Assembly (NCBI GenBank): GCA_038087875.1
Contig: JAXLNO010000563.1
Span: 124,001 to 188,000 of the forward strand
Length of the DNA: 64,000 nt
Direction of reading: 5' to 3'
Origin: Malacoraja senta
Taxonomy: Eukaryota
Part shown: positions 23,848 to 35,344 of the stretch, one piece after another
How the letters are laid out: each line of letters starts with the position of its first letter
Position numbering within the stretch: the stretch's first letter is position 1
The notes under the pieces: generated by a model
The model's database searches: none
The model's input: only the letters and a program-made list of their open reading frames with translations
What the model was told of the DNA's origin: nothing
Made by a program: the position numbers and the translations under genes

Positions 23848-26800
23848 TAGTAAGATTAAACGAGAACTTACCAGTTTGAAGTTTGATCTGCATTTTATGA
23901 GGAGTTACGATGAGGGATTATGTGAAGAGCCCGTCCAGCACGCATGCGCGACATTCTTCAAAGCAGCGGTGTGGAATCACAGGAAACACAATAATTGAAA
24001 TAAACATAGTAAAGAAAAGGAGAACTAAGATACCAGTTGATCTATAATTGAGGGTGGGAGCGGAGGGCACGTAATCCCTCATCGTAACTCCTCATAAAAT
24101 ACAGATCAAACTTCAAACTGGTAAATTCTCGTTTAATCTTACTATTTTACTTCGGAGTCACGTGAGTGACTACGTGAAGATTTTAAAGCTCTGTGATTTC
24201 AAACCGTGTAACAGTTCATACTTCACTCGCTGCCGAAGTCATTCAAGGGAGGAAGTATGTTATCGTAATCAACCATAATCTGTTTGTAAACAATAATGGT
24301 ATCTATTAAACAATAACAAAAGACAAAATGCTCCCCCGGGCTTAAATTATATATTTTTGCAGATTCTAAAACTCTTTCTGCAAATAACACAGGTTCTGCT
24401 AGCGGCTTGTTGTAGAACGCTTGGAACGTTTTCTCCATGTTCATTCTTTTAGCTGCCGATGTGGATGCTGCCCTGGTGGAGTGAGATGTATATACATCAG
24501 TATCTACTCCAGCAGTTCCCAGTACCTGCTTGAGCCATCTTGAGATGGTTTGCCTCGACACCCAACCATGAGGTTTCTTGTGGTTGACCCATAAGGCTTT
24601 TTTTTGTTTTGTTTTTTGTTGCTTTTTTCTCCCTCGAGAATCTCTTGTTGTGTTGATGTAAGTGAATAAGTGAGTCATGACACACAACCGTAGGTCAGGT
24701 GGGTATCCCCGGAAATCCATAACTAGGACTCAAGTTCCTGGCCTGCTCTGCTTTAGCAGCTCCTGAATGGTGAATGAGACCCGGTCTGGTGTTATAACCA
24801 TGTTGTCCAGTCGCAGTAAGTGGAGGGACTGGACTCTTTGTGCTGAGACTAGTGGCATCAGCATGACTGTTTTCAGGGTTAGCTATCCAGGGTGAGAGAC
24901 CTGGCTGGGGACCATCCCCTTAGGTATGTCAGGACCACACTGACATCCCAGATTTGGGTATACCTAGGTCTAAGAGGGTTGGAGTTGACTATACTCCTCA
25001 TGAGTTTGATCACCAGCGGGTGAGATCCTATGGCCTGTTGTCCTGGCACCTGTTTTAAGTAGGCTGACAGCGCATGTCTGGCAGTATTGATGGCGCTGTA
25101 GCTCAATCCTTCATTATGGTTTAGGCCCCCCCAGGAACTCCAGTACATTGGTTATGGTTGCAGATGAGTAGTCGAGCAGTATCTTTCCCACTTCCTGATG
25201 CTCGATAGGTATTGTTTCCTGGTGGACATACGGTGTCATCATGTTGATGGTCCTGTCAGACAATCCCAGTCCCAGCAGTGGTCTTTTGATAATCTGCAAC
25301 CCAGTAGGTTAATTTTGTCATGGCATGGATGACTTATGCCTGATACAGGGTGCGTCAATAGGTCTGGGCTACTGGGAAAGGTCATAGGAGTTTCGATGAC
25401 CATGTCGAGGACCACTGGGAACCATGGCTGTGTAGGCCAGTTGGTACTATCAAAATACTTGAAGCAGAGTCCATCTGTATTTTGCGTAGTACCCTACAGA
25501 TTAAGGCAGAAGGGGGAAAAGCATAGAAGAAATAGGTCCCCCAGTTCAGCGCGAATGCATCTATCGCTGCTGCCTCAGGGTGTGGTTCCCAAGGGACATA
25601 CATTGGTACGTGGTGATTTAGTCTGGATGCAAAGAGATCGATATCTGGTGTGCCATATTGCTTTGTAATTTTAGCAAAAGCTCTAGGATTTAACATGCAT
25701 TCGGTGTTTATCATTGAATTTGCGTGACCTGGCACTGTATTTAGCTTACCTGGTAGGTAAGTTGCTGATAGCCAAATATGTCTATCGACCCACCATTACC
25801 AGATTGTGCTGACCACATTGTCACATGATATCGATTTTATTCCGCCCATATGGTTAATACAGGCCACCACCGTGATATTATCAATTTGTAAACGAACATG
25901 CAAATGGTGCATATTCCTAGAATATGCTTTTAAACCATAAAACACACCCAACATTTCCAAATAATTTATGCCCAGTGTTTGTAGTAAAGATGATTCTAGG
26001 TTAGTCCATCTACCACCTGTGCTGGATATGGTATTAGTTGCTCCCCAGCCTTGAGCACTGGCATCTGTTTGTATAGTTAACATTGGGTTATTGATGATGA
26101 TAGGGCTGGAACTATGCCAAATGTGTTATATCCACCATTGTAACTCTGATATTGCTTCAATGGGTAGTTTCATGGTTCGGTCAAAGTGACCTGCATGTCG
26201 TTTCAACGCCTGTACTTTTGCCCTTTGTAGGTGCTGATAGTGCAGGGGTCCAAATTGTGTAGCTGGAAATGCTGCTACCATTTTGCCAATTACTCTTGCC
26301 ACTTGTCGGATGGTTGGTCGATTGCTTACCATTAAATTGTTGCACGTCTGTGCCAATTCTGCTGCTTTACCTTTTGGTAATGTTACAGACATGTGGACTG
26401 AGTTAACTGTGTATCCCAGATAGTCCATAGTTGTGGATGGCGTCAACTTAGATTTATCTGGATGTATGACAAAACCCAGGGTTTCAAACAATTGTTTGGT
26501 AGCTAATACAGCTGCTTTAGCCAACTCCATGGTTTTGCCTACTATTAGGATATCATCAAGTTATGCCATGACAATATGTCTTTGTTTCCTTAATGTTGCC
26601 AAGGCTGGTTTTAATATCTTGGTAAATAGTCTAGGGCTGATGTCAACCCATTAGGAAACGCTTTATACTGCCATAGTTGCCCCATCCAGGTACATTTCAG
26701 GTATCTGCAATGACCCTTATGAATGGGTACTGAATAGTAGGCATCTTTTAAATCAATGCTTGCCATAAAGTATCCTTTGGAAATCAGTTGTTTGGCAGTT

Positions 26801-28584
26801 ACAAATGTTTCCATTTTGAAATGTACATACTTAACAAAAGTATTTAGTGAGGTTAAGTCAATGATGATGCGACATCCACCATCTTTTTTGCTTTTGGTAA
26901 ATATAGTTGAGACAAATTCCAAAGGTTCATGTTTGGATTTCTCAATGACACCCTTTGTAAGTAACCTTACCAGTTCTGCTTGAGCCTCAAGTTTCTCTTT
27001 GACTGAGAGGGTAAAGACCCTTTGAGGTACGTGCTGAACTGGTGGCATGTTTTCTTGAATGAACTCTATTTTGTATCCCCGAATACAGTTAAGTATATAA
27101 CTATCATTCGTGAGACACCTCCATGCTTCAATGTACAGGTGTAATCTCCCCCCTGTTAGTACAGTTCCCCCACTTTTACATGCTGGTAGGAACCAGACCC
27201 ACCTACCTCCATAGTTATGGTAGTGTTCCTTTCTTCTGTTTGTTCATCCGTCGTTGTACTGCTGGATGTACTGCTGATTGGGGGTGGCGCATTTTCCATG
27301 GGGTCCGCTCTGGGCCCTAGCCTAAAAAGGCTTTTGGGGATAGTATGCGGACCCCGAGCTTTCACCAGTTCCATAAATTTGACCTCGACTGGTGGACGCG
27401 GTGGGGTACTGCAGTCTGTTTTTTTGTGTGGGTCTGCTCGTTCGGGGGCCTGCCCTCATGAGGCCAAATGCTTTGGACTCTTCCTCTAGGTCTTTCACTT
27501 GTCCATCCAAATAACAGGATCTGCGGCTCTGAGGCCGGTGTTTTACACAGTCCTGCAAACCTGGGATTGAGGGCAGGTCTTATTCTCTCCTTGCGGAGGT
27601 TGTTTATCTCATATTGGGTGTTGCACAGCAGAGCCAGAGTGTCTTGCTGGTTTGTGGTCATATCCACCCCATCCACGGAACGAGCATAGGATGTTATCCC
27701 TGTTATCAGGAGCTTGAGGATGCGTTGTAATTTTAGCTCCTGGCTCCGGACCCTCTGTCCAACATACCCCCCCTGATTTTTTAGGGGTTTGGGGGACAGG
27801 TGGGTAATGCTGGCCGCCAGATTTGGCTGCAACGGCCGCCCTGCTCGTGCTGTAACCACGTAGCGAATCTCCACACCCAGCAGCTCTTCCTGATCCTGTA
27901 CCCCAAGCGTACTCCCGACATCTTCAGCCAATGACCTCTGTTGCTGACCAGCCCAGCCCTGGTCGCCAACGCTGCCCTCGGCTGAGGGGAAAGCGATGGC
28001 CAGTGCATTGTAGAGCACTGATGTGGGAGTGCCTGAGTTCCCCTGGCGAGACTGCTCCAGCTCCCGAAGCAAGTCTCGCTGGAGCATTTGTTCCATGAGC
28101 CTTTCCATGCGGCTCAGGCAGCTAGCTCTGCCACTCTAAGGTGGAGAGCCCTCCTCATCGGAGTGAGACATAACCGGCCGGTATGTTTTTTGCCTTGATT
28201 TGCCTCCAGCTGTTCATCAGGCTGCGCTAGCGGGACTGGGCTCGGCTCGGTCTCGATGAGGGTGGACCGCAGCATATGCGGTCCAGGTGCCGCCTCTCGC
28301 CCCCCACTGATGGGACACTCCCGTTCTGTTGGATTCGAACGGGGGGCGGTTTTCTTCCTTTGCCGTGCTTTACTAATTTTTCCCAGTTTCCCTGGAATAC
28401 AGAGCAGAGCACAGCTTGCTGATTACGACCTCAGAGTAAGACTTACCTGATGGTCCGCTGTTTAAACTTGTAGCGGGAGCGCCTGAACTCCCGGTCGTCG
28501 CTGTTGCACTGCGTGAACGCTAATGTCGCGCATGCGTGCTGGACGAGCTCTTCACGTACTCACTCACGTGACTCCGAAGTAAAA
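23848..28584 (-). mobile_element. DIRS retrotransposon #1, full length and frameshifted (gag, RT, RNase H, DAM-like MT, tyrosine recombinase)
   Basis: RT HFKME and SIDLKDAYYSVPI; RH IQTDASAQGWGA; MT DIDLFASRLN...YAFPP; YR HSTRAASTS; inverted termini plus an internal complementary region at 24070-24180 containing the circle junction cttactATTTTacttcgg. Confidence 0.95.
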
Positions 28585-31304
28585 TTGGTCTTTCCATGCT
28601 CAACTTCCTGATACAATTGTTCAGACATCAATGGAATCGGCACACAGAGTAATGTCACCAGGTCCATCAGAGGGATAGAATCCAGCAGCATTTCCATAAT
28701 GTATCAGCTGCCATTTCTTTGGCATTGTTCGACCTTGCCACAAGGATACTGGATCAAAAACATCTTCACAAAGGTGTTAAATTTGTTTAACCTGGATTAA
28801 AGTGACATAATCTGTCTGGAAATTAGTCTCGATGTCCTGGCAGGTGTTTGTTATACGTGGCACCTTATTTTCCAGAATTAAAATCCCAAATTACCTCAAT
28901 AACAGAGCAATGCAAAACTTGTCTCCTCTCTGTGTTTCAACTTTGGTTGTCTGAGCAATGAGACAAAGAAAAGTCTGGCTCTATAAACACATCTACCTTG
29001 AATCCGTGTTTTATATAGGACCAACTCTCCAGACTCACTTCTTTGACTGTACCGCAAAGTGCCCATTGACATTGCAAGGTTACAGTAGCTCGTAGTTTCC
29101 TAGTCTCTGCCACTTCTCACACTTTACCTCTCACTCTTACTTCAGGGAATTATTGAAAGTCACAACACTTTGCAGCCTTTGTGACTTTGGGCATTGTAGT
29201 ATACTGGAGGATTTGTCTGCATTGGAACTACAGGCATTTATAGTCAAACGGTACAATAGTCAACAAGGGAAAATGAGCTGGAGTAACGCAGCGGAACAGG
29301 CAGCATCTTTGGATAGTAGGAATGGGTGATGTTTCCTGCAGCTTGTAGCCCCTAATGTAGGCATCATTCTGGCTGATCTATCTCTCCCTCTGAACCCCAT
29401 TCTCCTGCATCCTCCCCATAACCCATGACACATGTACTAATTGCAAATCTACCTATCTCTGCCTTAAACATATCCACTTACTTGGCCTCCACAGCCTTCT
29501 GTGGCAAAGAATTCCACAGATTCACCACCGTCTGAATTTAATCTAGAGATGCTGCCTGACCCACTGAGTTACTCCGTCATTTTGTGTCTATTATTGATGT
29601 GAACCAGCATCTGCAGTTCCTTCCTACACAGCGAAAATTGGCTGTTGGGTTGCCTTGAACATTAATGGTTATCTTATATTATAACATAGAGAAAAGTTCC
29701 TGTCTTCTTACTCCTAACTCAATCCCATTTGGGTAATGTACATGAATATTTTTTTGAACTACATTCCATTACACCACATTCTTGCACCACTCTGTTGCTT
29801 TGCACTCACCCTTCTGTTTATTGTGGTGTTGATCATCACTGTGTGAATACTGTTACACTGTGATTTTCATTTGAACAAGAAATTTCATTGCAGCCTGGTG
29901 TATCTGACAAAATGTGAATCCCATTCTGCTCACTGCCTTCAGCTGCACCAACCACACTATCTCCTTCATCCCAGAACATTGAACGAAAGAAGATTCACAC
30001 TTGCCATCTATTCTCCCCACTCAAGAGGCCACATTGTTTGATGTAATATTTCAAATATTGCCAAACTCAACAAACTTTGATTAACAATCTTTCATCTTTC
30101 CCTGAACTAAAATAATACTTGATATTTTTCATGAGATGATTTACTTTGAGCTGAGACATTTTTAGACTGAAAAGGGAAATAATTGTGTAGTCAGTGATCT
30201 GGAAAGGATGTGATCCGGCAAGATTCTTGCCCTCTGTTTTCCACTGGGACAAAGTCTAGAGGGAGTGAGGATGTGGAGAATCTGAGTAAACTGAGTCCAT
30301 GTATGTTGGAGATAGACACAGCAGGTACAGAACCTTTTCATACTTCTAGTTTCCCTCTCCCCTAACACTCGAAATGTCACCCATTCCTTCTCTCCAGAGA
30401 CGCAGCCTGTCCCGCTGCGTTACTCCAGCATTTATTGTCGATCTTTGGTATAAACCAGCATCCTTCCTACAACCAAGGATCCTGGAATTTGGAATCATTG
30501 ACCCTTGGAGTGCTGAATCTGAGGACAACGATAGTGTTCTGGGAGAGAGGATGAGTTGTAACATATGGAACAACCCACCACTGGTGTTACATCACTGGGA
30601 ATTTCACAGCCTGACGGAGAGAGGTGGATTCATGTAGAAAATCAGAGACTTCCCTGGCAACCTCCTGTGAAGAGTGCTTTGTAACTTCAGGCTTCATTAC
30701 CTCCTGCCCAACTCATCAGTGAGAAAGGACCTGACCCAGATGGCGAGGAGCTTGATGATAGATGTTACCTTCCTGAGGCAACACTTCATTCAAGTGCTTT
30801 TCATGGTGGATATGGCTGTATCCATGATGGGCTGCGATGAGACCACCGCTCTCTGCAGCCTAATGCCCCTCTGTATTCTACATTCCGTGAGGACTGAAGG
30901 AAAAATTTAAAGATTTTTTGGGTTTGAACATGCCAATTATGTGAGGCCTCTGATGCAAGAGTGTGACGTAATCTGTGAGGAGAGGTTTAGTTTAGTTTCA
31001 TATTATTGACACGTAGACTACCATGGTACAGTAAAATGCTTTTTTGTTGTGTGCTATTCAGTCAGCAGAAGACTATACATGATCAAAATCAAGCCGTCCA
31101 CAGAGTACAGATACAGGACAGGGAATAACGTTGAGTGCAAGATAAAATCCAGTAGATTCCGATTCAACATATTCCGAGGGTATTCAATGTATTTGTCGAA
31201 ATAGACTGCTCTATTTCACTACTCGGACAATTAACATTGAAAGTTACAGAGGAGGTTTTGTATGTGAGGTGTTTAGTGGTGTTGGGATATTAATGCTGGA
31301 ACAT

Positions 31305-32320
31305 TAAATTCAATTCCTTTATTGTCATCTTGCAAGCAACAGTTGTACAGTGCAAAACGAAAAGACGTTTCCCAGGGAATACCGGAGCATCGCACATGAC
31401 GTTTAAAACATTTCACACATAATAACACTGAAAACAAAAACAATCCAGTCCCTGATGGAACAGTATAAAGTTAAAATAGATAAAAACAATGTTAAAATAC
31501 AGTAAGACCAATCATAAACATGTCCGGGGTGGCTGATTTGAGTGGCCAGTGCCAGTGATTGAAGTGGCCAGTGCCAGTTATTATAGTGTCCGTGCCAAGC
31601 CGCAGAATCAGGTGACTGTGAGTACAGAGTGGCTGTTTAGCAGCCTCACAGCATATGGCAGGAAGCTGTTTAGCAGTCTTGTAGTCCGGGCTTTGATGCT
31701 GCGATATCTCTTGCCTGATGGCAGGAGATCCAGGTGTATGTGGAGGGGGTGCAGTTTGTCCTTAGCAATTCTCTGTCTGAGCAGTTGCAGGTGGAGTACC
31801 ACGTATTTAAACAATACGTGAGTACAAACTCCACCGTACCCCTGTAGAAAGTTCTGAGGGTGTTGGTGGGGAGTGAGGCCTGTTTTAGTTTCCTCAGGAA
31901 TGCAGTCACTGATGGGCCCTTTTGACGGTCCCAGTGGTGTTTCTGGACCATGTGAGGCTGTCTGTAATTTGCACCCCGAGGAACTTTATGCTCTCCACTC
32001 TCTCCACTGTGGCGCCACTGATGTTAAGGGGTGCATTCTTTGGCTGCGCCGTCCTGAAGTCGACAACCATCTCCTTTGTTTTGTCGACGTTTAATGCTAG
32101 ATTATTTTTGCCGCACCATTCCACTAGTTGTTTTACTTCCTCCCTGTACATTGATTCATCATCTCCGCTGATGAGTCCCACCACTGTTGTGTCATCCGCG
32201 AAATTTTACGATCTTATTGTCCCTGAATCTGGCAGCACAGTCATGTGTGAGCAATGTGAACAACAGCGGGCTGAGCACACAGCCTTGAGAGGAGCCGGTG
32301 CTCAGCGTGATCGAGCCTGA
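31305..32320 (-). mobile_element. Rex1/Babar LINE, 5'-truncated and internally deleted
   Basis: Peptides ADDTTVVGLISGDDESMYREEV, KTKEMVVDFR, KFLGV and LLPSGKRYRSIKARTTRLLNSF; 3' end gacaataaagg(aattg)n. Absent from the right arm. Confidence 0.9.
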
Positions 32321-33144
32321 AGGTGCAAATGAGGACAAACACCTGCCAGAACATCGAGACTAATTTCCAGACGGTTGATATCACTCTGCACTACGTTAAG
32401 CAAATTTCACACATTTATAAAGATGTCTTTTGATCCAGTGCTCTTCAGGAAGGAACGTATATTGCCAGCTGAAAGAACAGCTGATATGGAAATGCTGCCT
32501 GGTTCTATCCCTGTGATGGTCTTGGTGGAATTAACTCTCTGGCTGCTGATTCCATGGATGTCTGAAAAATTGTACCAGGTATTTGTGCAAGAACAGACCC
32601 ATTATATCCAACAACCCCTCTCCTCACTGTGCTTTCCAGTATACCTGGAAATTGTTTTACTCACAATTGAAAAATAAGAAAAGTGCCAATGTTAAAAGTT
32701 AATTTTTATTTGTAGAGATAATGGAAGGTGGTATGGATGGAACAGAAGGAGTATCTGTGAAAGGGGAGAGCAGATGAAATGGGCAAATAGGTGCAATTAG
32801 AAACTCATTATGCTTCCTTGTCTGTGTTGCATGTGCCTAAGAGCAGGTCTGTGGGGCTGACCCAGCTGGTCAGGCTGGGGTAATGGAGAGAGAGAATCTG
32901 AACCAATCTCACAGATGGATGACCTAGAGCAGAAATAGCCACACTGATACAGAGAGTGTGAGTGAGGTATGAGTTACCTGAAGTTGGGGACGTCAATGTA
33001 GTCTGGACATCCCCGTACACTCACCAATGTGCAGCCTGTTTCTGCTCTAACTCCATCTACAAGTCTTCAGGTGGCACCACTGTGGTGAGCAGGATTATGA
33101 ACAATAATGAGATGGCGATCTACAAGAAAAAGAGACCGAGAGCT

Positions 33145-34000
33145 ACAAGATACAAGATACATTTATTTGTCACATGTGCCAGATGGCACAGTGAAATGCG
33201 ATTATCATACAGCCATACAATAAAAATAAAGAACACAACACACAATAGAATTCAACATAAAAACATCCCCACACAGCAGAATCAAAGTTTCCCACTGTGA
33301 GGGAAGGTACCAAAGTGAGTCATCTTCCTCTAATGTTCCCCAATGTTCACCCATGGTCTGGGCCTCCCCAGCCCTCCGCAATCGCCGCTACGGGCGGCCT
33401 GATGTTCAGGCCCGCTCGCCGGGATGATGTAAGTCCGACGTCGGGGCTGGGGGACCTTCTCAGCGGCCTGGACATCAGAGTCAGCCACCTCCTACCAGAC
33501 TCCGCGTCTCCCAAAGTCCGCAGTCAGCGCTGGGCGGAGATGCAACACTGGCGGCCCTCGGCAAAGGGCCCCAGGACCGCGATGACGGTCAGCGCCGCAC
33601 GCGTTGGAAGCTCTCCCAAACCGCAGCTCCACGATGTTGGACCAACGGCCCAACGCTCCGGAGCTCATAATGGCGATCCTGGTAGGCATCGCTCGCTCCG
33701 TGGAGAATTCAGCGCTGCGCTGCCGCTGTTGTCGCTCTGGTCCGGTTCCCGGTCCCCAGCAGGAGAGGCCGCTCCGATCCAGATCAGAGGAGGGCGAGGA
33801 TGCGACTCGGAGAAATAGTCACGTCCCCGCCAGGAAGCGACTGAGAAGCGGTTTCCCCCTTACCCTGCCCCCCTCCCCCACATAGAAAAGTTAAATTTTC
33901 CCCCCAAAACAGACTTTAAACTAACTAAAAATAAAAAAAAGATTGAAAAGACAAACAGGCTGTAGGCAGAGGCTGCCTTCAATGTGGCGCCCCTGGTGGT
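33145..34000 (-). mobile_element. Non-autonomous retroposon with a Rex1-like tail
   Basis: Minus-strand 3' end gtgacaaataaatgtatcttgtatcttgt; absent at the homologous right-arm site near 41750. Confidence 0.65.
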
Positions 34001-34117
34001 ATAGTAGTATAGTCTCAGGACAACAACCTCTCCCTCAATGTCAGCAAGATGAAGGAGTGAGTTTGGGAACAGCTCTGCACAAGACCATAAACAATTACAG
34101 AGAGTGTAGATGTAGCC

Positions 34118-34440
34118 TGATAATTGCTCGTTTCTAAGCTTCACCCAGTCTAGTTTCAGTAAAAACACTGAATCAAACACTTGAATCAACTAAATTTTAT
34201 TTTACCAAAAATGAGTGCCACAGATCACACACTGTACCTATCCCACCGCGGGTTCGATCCCTGCGTATATCTGTTCAAGCCCTCTAGGCCTCATGCAGAC
34301 AGAGGCACTCCAGAAGGATACGCGGTCCCGAGCGCTCTTCCAGAAGATTGACGCTGAGCCTCGTGATCATGGACTTTTATATGTCCCGCGAACTCGAGGG
34401 CCGAACCACACGGGGGTTGTCTCTTAATCATCCAATTACA
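34118..34440 (-). mobile_element. Partial LTR of the same family as 7448-8529
   Basis: Near-identical reverse complement of about 8210-8529, including the terminal gagcaattatca. Confidence 0.85.
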
Positions 34441-35344
34441 ATTCCTTCTTCCTTTACTTATTCCTTAGTCATTCCTTCTTCCTTTACTTATTCACAAAGT
34501 AAAAGGCAGCTTTCCAAACTTTTATCATGTAAAGTAGGTAATATCTGATCATCTGACGGTGATCAATTCTACAAATGGCATCAGGAAGATCTGATATTGC
34601 AGAAGAATGGATTTTCTTTTTTTACATTATGCTCAGGTTCAAATTCCGAAGTGTGTCTCTGACAACCTACTCCATCTCAGTTGGTGATTCAGACTTAACC
34701 ATAGATGGGGAGGTCCAGATCTCAGACTTGGATGCTGGTGGATTGGGAACACCACTCCCCCATCACTCACAAACCCATGACCATCCTCACTGCTGACTCC
34801 ACCTTCCCCAGACCTCGCTGTCCAGCAACAGTTAACACACCCGACCATTTATTTCTTGCCCACAGACAAGAGGCAACAGCATTGTAGTGGGAGCCGGAGG
34901 GGACCAGAGAGAGCCTGCAACTTGTTCTTCACTCAGTCAGATCACAGGTATTCTAAGCTTGGTCTTGATTCTGTGTGATCCTGACCTAACCCCCCACCCC
35001 CCCCCCCACACACACACACACACACATACACACTTTATAGAGCCGAGGCCGCATTTAGAAACATAGAAAAATAAGTGCAGGAGTATACCATTCAGCGATT
35101 TGAGCCCGCACCGCCATTCAATATGATCATGGCTGATCATCTAAAATCAGTACCTTTAGCCCGTAAGAGCTAAACCTAATTCTCTCTTGAAAGCATCCAG
35201 TGAATTGTCCTCCACCACCTTCTGTGGCAGAGAATTCCACAGATTCAAAACTCTCTGGGTGGGGAAAGTTTTTCTTCATCTCAGTCCTTATTTTTAAACT
35301 GTGACCCCTGGTTCTGGACTGCCCCAACACCGGTAACATTTTTA

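Larger units (their letters stand above)
29863..34980. repeat. Left arm of a large inverted duplication
   Basis: Reverse-complement match to 40834-53637 after removing arm-specific insertions; several ORF-track peptides recur on opposite strands (for example 30067 versus 48069, and 32808 versus 41901). Confidence 0.9.

Noticed and set aside
24223..25735. Tyrosine recombinase plus methyltransferase as a prophage or bacterial contaminant
   Set aside because: Both domains lie with gag, RT and RNase H between DIRS termini and ICRs, embedded in vertebrate repeats.
29035..29160. Possible minus-strand exon ending AA|GTGAGT as exon 2 or 3 of another SOUL paralog
   Set aside because: No recognisable similarity to the intact exons and no clear acceptor.
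32375..32677. Hydrophobic ORF MEMLPGSIPVMVLVELTLWLL, also seen at 46643..46903, as a membrane protein
   Set aside because: It recurs only because of the inverted duplication; the older paralogous block near 28600-28850 does not keep the frame and no splice structure is evident.
33984..34000. CTCF-like motif ccaccaggggcgcc (also agagggcgctg near 21266)
   Set aside because: Imperfect matches inside repeats that cannot be supported without a PWM scan or ChIP data.
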